A DNA stretch of 64,000 nucleotides from the human T2T-CHM13v2.0 reference genome, Homo sapiens. Made by a program: the position numbers and the translations under genes. This document shows positions 56,990 to 64,000 of this stretch, piece after piece; the stretch's first letter is position 1; the number at the start of each line of letters is the position of its first letter. The stretch is from NCBI RefSeq assembly GCF_009914755.1, contig NC_060937.1; one strand, written 5' to 3'. The notes under the pieces are model-generated. The model was not told the origin of the DNA, made no database searches, and saw only the letters and a program-made list of their open reading frames with translations.

Positions 56990-57190
56990 ACAATAACGTT
57001 TCTCAAATATGGTTGCTGGACCAGCTTGCATTCAAATCACCTGGGAAATGTGTTCCACATGCACATTCTTGGGCCTGATTCTAGACCAAATCTAAATACC
57101 TGGGAAAGTGATCCGTAAATCAGCAGCTATAACCCATCTCAAATCACTGCAGGTGATTTTTAAATCCAGCTATGTTTGAGGACCACTGTC
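56990..57190. mobile_element. MER5A-like hAT element
   Basis: gtttctcaaa...aatcacctggga...caggtgatt...gtttgaggaccactg. Confidence 0.7.
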
Positions 57191-57319
57191 ATGGACAAAT
57201 GTGTTCTGTTACGTGAGGGGAAAAGGGGGAAATCACTTCCATGTGTCTGCCATGAAGGATTTATGATTGGCTTAGGAAGCTTACATGGAAATATGAAACC
57301 GTAAGGAAACACATCACAG

Positions 57320-57480
57320 CCTAGAATTGCTGACTTCAAGAGACCACCGTGGTGATTTAGCTTAATCCTTTCATTTTAAAAGTGAGCAACGCACACCAAG
57401 AAGGCTGACTCAGGTCACACACTTAGGGTGAGTGCTGGGGTTTGAATCCAGCCTCTAGTTCAGCATTTGGTCTCCTCTAT
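57320..57480 (-). mobile_element. MIR fragment
   Basis: aatcctttcattttaaaagtgag...caggtcacac...gggtttgaatccag. Confidence 0.6.
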
Positions 57481-58833
57481 GATGACACATAAACCACTAC
57501 CCTTGCATTGCTTCAAATCCATCCAGATGCAGTTCATAGTTCTTACAAAGAGGACCAGACCAGCTTTCTACTGAAGAAGCTTAACTTTTGTTTTTAAGAG
57601 ATCACATAATCTTCTCTCTTTTTCAAGTTTGAAATAAAACCATGCAAGAATTCTGCAAAGCATGTTCCTGGGAAAAGCTCATCAACTGTGGTGGTTGTTG
57701 ACTAGAACATCAGCTAGGAAAAAAAAAAAAAAAAAGCTAAGGTCATCCAGGTTGGGCATGTGGCCTGTTGAGCTTCACTGGTTCCTGGAATTCTGAAGTA
57801 GTCTCCTGTAATTAATTTTTAACTTATCTAGGTCTGTTTGTTACAATAAAATTTTCTTCTTGCGGAGGAAAAAAATGAAGGGATAGGAGATTATTTCATC
57901 CTGAAAGGTTGAGGGAGTTTAATATCATTAAGAATGCAAAGTGTTTTATATAACTTAGAACCAGAGAAGAAACAAGTTCACTAGCTCATGAGGGATTTGG
58001 GCTCTAAAGAATGAAACACTTCCAGAAGCTGAGGGTTGTGACACATCAAGAACTGCTGCCAAGAGAAGAGCATTGCCATCTCCTCATGCAGGGGATTTTG
58101 GAAGACAAATGGACTATCAACTGTCTTGCAATTCTCTTGGGTTTTCTCATCCAGGACTATGGTTTTCACCATCCCCTACATTAGAAAGTCCTTCAGATCC
58201 TAATCCTCAGTCCTTACCACGATGATGATCCTACTCTTGCCTCCTGGGCTCTTGGCATAAGGAGCCCAAAGTGCCTGGGTGGCAGCTGTCAGTGGAAGTT
58301 CAGTGGGACTCTTGCTGTGTGCAGCAGCAGAAGTATCCCCCTTTGAGAGTCAGAACCTGTGACCCTACAGAGCTCAGAATTGCAGGGACTGAAGGCAAAC
58401 TACCACGCGATGTTTTTAAATTTCCAGTTGCCTTGTAGATATCTTCACTTGGATATCCCCCATCATTTCAGCCTCAGCGGTCTAAAATCCGAAATCAAGC
58501 CCATCTTTTCTCCCAACCCGCTTTTCTCCTTTTAATTGGACCATCATGGTTAAAAGCATTGCTCATCCATGACACCACCAACACCGGAAGTTCCTGAATC
58601 ATCTTTCACGATGTCCTCTCTGCTCACAACTTATTTGTTAACAACGCTTTTAAACTTATCATATGAATATCTTTCAAGGAAAGTGTCCAGTGGGTGTTAG
58701 TGTTAGTTAAAGTCTTCTGGAGTTAGTGTCACAGGCGCCTGAATGCTGCCTTTAGTTGTCTGGGCTAGGCTGAAGTGTGCAGAGCAGTGCAGGTGGCTCA
58801 GCTTGCAGCTGGCCCAGCTGGGGCTGGGGGTAC

Positions 58834-59249
58834 CATTGCAGGTTGGGTTCCCCCTGGGAAGCAGATCCTGAGATGGAGATTTGTGTTCAAGAAAAGGATT
58901 AGGGAGCATTCTTAGAATGGATATCTGTGGGGAAAGGGAAGGAAGCAGGATCGGGAAGAGGGAGAATTGGGGCAGCAATGAAGTCACAACAAGATCTCAG
59001 CCCACCCCACAGGGAGCACTAAAGCTGGGATGGCCTTTCCGAGTTGTCCCCCAGGTGGATCTGTCATTGGATGCAGGCTTCCCTGGAAAGGGGTGTGATC
59101 TTGGGTGAGGCAACTCTCTTTAGCCAAAGTCATTCTTGAAGGTGGTGACAGCTAAGAGCTATTATCAGATAATCTTCCTAACAGCTGGGTGAATGAATCC
59201 TTCCATCCTCAGGCAGGGGCCCTTGTTAGGCAGCACAGTCTCCACGACA
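58834..59249 (-). mobile_element. ERVL LTR16C-like 3' LTR
   Basis: ggttgggttccc...gaagcagatcctgagatggagatttg...tccacgaca; polypurine tract on the minus strand at 59250-59270. Confidence 0.85.
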
Positions 59250-60530
59250 GCTCACATTTTCCCCCTTTTGAAGCCTTTTCCTTCATCTGGGTACTGGGAA
59301 GAGGTCCTTCAGCTCTCTTGTGCACCCCTTCTCCTGGGGAAAACTTAGAACAGGAATGTTGGTGGAGAGAACCACAGTCACCACTGCTGTAGTTGGACTT
59401 GAGGCTGCAACTGCCTCATCATCTCCCTCCTCTATTTCTCATTCTGGATTCCCCTCTGCTTGTGCTTACTTGGTGGAGAGACCCAGACCTTCATCCCTGA
59501 GCTATGCAAGCACTTGTTTGCATTCATTTCTAAGGCCATGGGTGTTGCACTTGTCCATGTACTGTACAATTGGCCAGGATTGGGGAGGTCCAATAGGTTC
59601 ACCTGGGTACCAAACATATTTCTTCTTGCTCCTATTTGTAACAGCAACTTGACTTCCTCCTGATGATCAAGGTCTATTGTCTCTGTCAGAATGGAGATCT
59701 TCTTCTTGTCTGCTGGTCCCCTGGCATAAAGAGCCTGAGTGCCCAGTGGCAGCCATAGCTGAAAGTTCAGCGGGCTTCTCGCTGTATCCATCAGTAGTTG
59801 TGTCCCCCTTTGAGAGCCAGAAACTGTTAACCTATGGAGCTTAGAGGTACAGGGACCAGAGGCAAAACTTTTCTGCAAGATGATAAGTTGGGCCATTCCT
59901 TCTCCCACCTGTTGTTTCCTGGACCCATGTGCTATATGCTGCTCACAGGCTTAGCATGCAAACTGTGTGTTGCAGGGTGCACCCTGTCCATACAGGACAT
60001 CACATCCTCATTGGCTCCTCATCTGTGCCTTTGGAAGACATTTCTGTCCATCTGTTAGGCCAGCAGCTTCAGGGCTGGATAGGATGTGAGATACCAGTGG
60101 GTCTCATGGTCATGGGGCTGCTGTCTCACCTCCTGTGCTGTAAAGTAAGGCTCTTGATGCTATGTGAGCACAATGGTACGTGGGATGTGAGAATGTGGAT
60201 CAAACACTCTGGAGTCTTCAGGTAGTAGTGCTGGCTAGGGCCCTGCAAGCAAGAAAGGCAAACCCATACCAGAATGTCATCAGTTCTGCTGAAATGAATT
60301 GCCGCCACTTCCAACATAAAAGGGGCCCCATATGGCCATTTTGCTACCAAGGGGCTGTTTGGTTTCCTTGAGGGAAGTTGCCATATTGGAGGCTGGTGTT
60401 GATTTGTGTTGCGGGCAGGATTTCCTTCAGCATGGGCAGTGGCCAGATCAGCCTTGGTGAGAGGGAGGCCACGCTGCTGGGGCCGTGCCTGACCTCCATC
60501 CCTGCCCTTTGGCTACCTCATTCATGTGAC
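59250..60530 (-). mobile_element. ERVL internal fragment (integrase and dUTPase-like remnants)
   Basis: ORF 59432..59908 (PLNFQLWLP..KKKISILTETIDLDHQEEVKLLL..GMKVWVSPP) resembles the ERVL dUTPase region; ORF 60126..60350 has IN-like ECLIH. Confidence 0.8.
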
Positions 60531-60544
60531 TATTGGGTTAGCAC

Positions 60545-60693
60545 AATAAAGAAATATTTAAAACTTTCTTCAGGTTAAATTTCAAATATGGTAAATATTT
60601 ATAAATATAATTCACATGGTCAAAAACTCTTGAGTCCACAATCTTTTTTTAGAGTAAAAAGGGGTCCTGAGACTAAAATATTTGAGAAGCACC
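60545..60693 (+). mobile_element. Charlie1-like terminal fragment
   Basis: ttcaaatatggtaaatat...aaaggggtcctgagactaaaatatttgagaagcaccg. Confidence 0.7.
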
Positions 60694-61087
60694 GTCCTAG
60701 GTCAGTCACTGTGCTTCTGATTGGTCAGAACTACTGGGTGTTGTGTCCATCCCTCCCTGTGGGCTGGGGATAGGGAAAGGGCAGGCTTCTTTGAAACTCT
60801 GTAGCCTATGAATGGGGGACAAGTGGCTCACAAAAGAAACCCCAGGAGCTTCTGTCAGCAAAGCAGGGATGCATACTACAACAAAAAGACAAAGAAACCA
60901 AAAAATCAAACAACAAGTGTCTACCACATTAAGGGGCTTAGTTTCATTGTTTCTTGAACCCTCAGGGCTTGGTATCATGTAGAATAAATACTGTTTGTTT
61001 AATTACTGAATGAATGAACGCATAAACAAAGGCTGGGAGATGACTCAGATAACTGCTTGAGGTCCTTCTAACCCCATATTCTGAAGG

Positions 61088-61089
<2 letters not shown>

Positions 61090-61129
<40 letters not shown>
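61090..61129. repeat. (GT)20 microsatellite
   Basis: Direct read. Confidence 0.97.
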
Positions 61130-61131
<2 letters not shown>

Positions 61132-61601
61132 ATTAAATAGGTAGGTGATCATGACTACAGAGTTGGCATTTTTGAAGCCCCCACAGCCAAAGGGTCAGAC
61201 CAGAGCCCAACCAGGAACCTAGAACAAGCTGGCCAGTGGAGGCAGCAGGAGTGGCCACAGTTCACACCCCCCAGCCCTGGGAGGACACTGGGAAACCACG
61301 TGGAGCTCTGAAGCGGAGACCCACAAGTTGAGAGGTAAGAGACAACTGATTATGCTATTTAGAAATGACATGGCAAGTTCACGGACAGTGAGCTACCAGT
61401 ATGCATGCTTGGAAGCAGTTGTCATTTGGAAGTGACCCAGTATGCCGTCTGTGTATCTGAATATGAGAGATACCCATTTAAGGATGAATTTAGAGGGGCT
61501 CAGAAAAGAGTGCAACTAATAGAGCTCTACAGGTCTGGGTGGATGCCAAACAGCTATGGGGGACTGAGGGAGTGACAGAAGTACTTTTAACAAATAATTG
61601 T

Positions 61602-61902
61602 GGCCAGGTGCAGTAGCTCACACCTGTAATACCAGCATTTTGGGAGGCTGAGGTGGGAGGATCATCTGAGGTCGGGAGTTTGAGACCAGCCTGGCCAACA
61701 TGCTGAAACCCCGTCTCTACTAAAAATACAAAAATTGGCCAGGCATGGTGGCACGTGCCTGTAGTCCTAGTTACTTCTAGGGAGGCTGAAGCAGGAGAAT
61801 CGCTTGAACTTGAGAGGCAGAGGTTGCAGTGAGCCAAGATCGCACCACTGAACTCCAGCCTGGGCAACAGAGCGAGACACCCTCTCAAAAAACAAACAAA
61901 CA
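61602..61902 (+). mobile_element. Alu SINE, AluS-type, (CAAA)n tail
   Basis: Full dimeric body. Confidence 0.96.
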
Positions 61903-63169
61903 AACAGATTTTGCACTGTGGGTGCCCAGGACAGAGATACTGCTGAAGAGAGAGCATTCTGCTGGGCCAGGAAGGTTGACATGGGATTGCTGCTCACATC
62001 CCAGACAGGGTGCTCCATGCTCCCTGGCTTGCGGGTGCTGCTGCTGAAACTCTGAGCAGGCCCAGCACAACATGTGCTCATATTTTCCTTCTTTCTGTGA
62101 CAGAAGATCGCATTACTTCGGGGTTTCCAGATGTCTAAAATTGAAGTGTGTAAAATTGAGTATGGCTAGCAGCCCAATAAGATGTGAAATTCTATCAGGG
62201 ATTTCCCTGACTGATAGAGATGGACCAACTCCACTCAAGTGTCGGGATGACCCATGTTATAGCTGAATCCAGGAGAGTGCAGGAGGGGAGGTCTCCTGGG
62301 CTGCTCTGTGATGGAATGTGATGTCTGCATTCTGGATGGCTTCCCAATCTGGGGAGGAGCGGAGCTGGATAACTGGAATGTGCAGTGAGGTGAAGATGAG
62401 ATTTCTCACCTTGATCTGTCCTCAGAGAACAAGCGTTTATCAGTTGAGATGATGAGGACATACATACAGATACATGGGCTCACAAAGTGAAAGCTATCCA
62501 GGAGACCAGCACCTCGGGGAGAGGGATAACTGCTTGGGAGACAAGGTCTTTAAATTGGAATTTAGATTAGAAATATTTCCTCTATATGCTGAAGTTATCT
62601 GCCCAGGGAAAGGAAGTCTTTCTTTAGAACGAGTGAACAGCTTTTTGCTTGGGGATGTACATCTGTTTATTTTAAAACGTAGTAAAAGTTCACAACCTAT
62701 AGCGCAGATGTTTAGGGGTAAGGAAAGTGGATACCAATGGAACAGAATTACATGAACACAAGGCTGATGGCAGGAGTGGCACAGCAACAGCACATGGGAG
62801 GAGACAGAGACTTAGCAAAAAAATCAAATGCAGGCTGTCAGGTGTACACTCGTTAGCTGTGCCAGGATGGAACAGACATCTGGGTGTGGAGAGAGTAATG
62901 CGTTAAGAAATCGAAACAGGGCTGTGTGGGATGTGAAGAAATAAATGAGCAGCAATTGATGACAGAGACAATAGTTGATATGGCCAATGGCCTCCTCTGG
63001 ACAGATGAGTCTTTTGTGACCTCACATTTGATTCCTCCTTGTGAATGCGTGTGAGAGTGCTCTGTGAACAGCTTTTTACAGTCACTGGGAAGCAAAAGAG
63101 TTGCCAGGTCCCCTGGAGTGTTGCTGGTTAGGGTCTTACTCTATTTGTGGGCATTTTCAGCCCAGAAAC

Positions 63170-64000
63170 ACTCATTCTGCCATTAAAATCTAGTTAAGGG
63201 AGTGCAGACACAGATAAGAAGATAACTGCAAATATAAGGCAGGATGTGGTAGATGCCAAATGAGAGGTCTAAGTGATGGATTTTGAGGGATTCCATGGTG
63301 GGAAGAGACCACTGTGGGCAACTCAGCTCAACACAGGAATCCAAAATAGGCTTCCAGTTGCAGAGGGAAACTGCACAAAAAGATACCTCAGAAGACAGAT
63401 CTCATTGCAGATTAAAGCATGGATGAAGAGAGGAGAGACTAGAAATTGGGAGGTGCCTGCAAAATGCCTGACAGAAGACAGAGAGGGCCTGTTTTCTAGT
63501 GGTGACTGTGGGGTTGCAAACTAGGAAACAGATGGAAGAGTCCACAGAACTTGGTGGCTGATGGCATATGGAGATCAGGAAAGAAGGAGGAATCAAAGAT
63601 GGCTGTAAGCCTAGGAGACAGAGAGGGAAATGTGTTTCTTGGCAGGAATAGATGCTGGCTTTGAAAATAAAGCAATGAACTTGAGATGTGGCAGGTTCAA
63701 GATGACAGGAGGTATTCCATGAGGAACATCTGGCAGGCATTTGGTGGTGGGTTCTGGTGACACTTCAGAGCTGAGTGGTTAACTTGGGAGTCGTCAAACA
63801 CAGCAGCCATTGTAACTGGAAATTGAGAGCTGATGTGTTCCCTGAGGGAGTTAGTGTGTAGAGAGACATGCTTAGGAACTTTTGAGGGGTGTGCCTACAG
63901 CAAGTCTCAAAACAAGGAACAAAGACAAAGAAGGCACATGAAAAGAGCGAGGCAGAGAATTGGAGTAGCATGTTACAAAAAACCAAGGCAGGAGAGTTTC
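63170..64000 (-). mobile_element. L2 fragments
   Basis: ggaggaatcaaagatggctgtaag, gaggaacatctggcaggcatt, gggagtcgtcaaacacag. Confidence 0.65.

Overview
Primate (human-like) non-coding genomic DNA, intergenic or deep intronic, made up mostly of interspersed repeats: 14 Alu copies or fragments (J, S and Y types), L1 (old L1M, L1PB, L1PA), L2, MIR, an L3/CR1 RT remnant, many MaLR (MLT1/MST) and ERV1/ERVL LTRs, an ERVL LTR with internal IN/dUTPase remnants, and small hAT DNA transposons. I recognise no functional protein-coding exon, tRNA, rRNA or CRISPR array. The only gene-derived sequence is a processed TOMM22 retrocopy on the minus strand (~54687-55773). It still has an open frame from the parental ATG to the parental stop, through three pairs of compensating frameshifts, and lies in a locally CpG-retaining zone. 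Other items worth checking are a paired RFX X-box at 49395-49438, a cluster of RBPJ-type sites at 15008-15048, a perfect 17-bp fold-back inside an old L2, and a TA-rich tandem/inverted repeat complex. I do not see evidence for a new biological system; the findings are modest, testable leads. Repeat subfamily names come from recalled consensus sequences, not a database search. Boundaries of old repeats are approximate.
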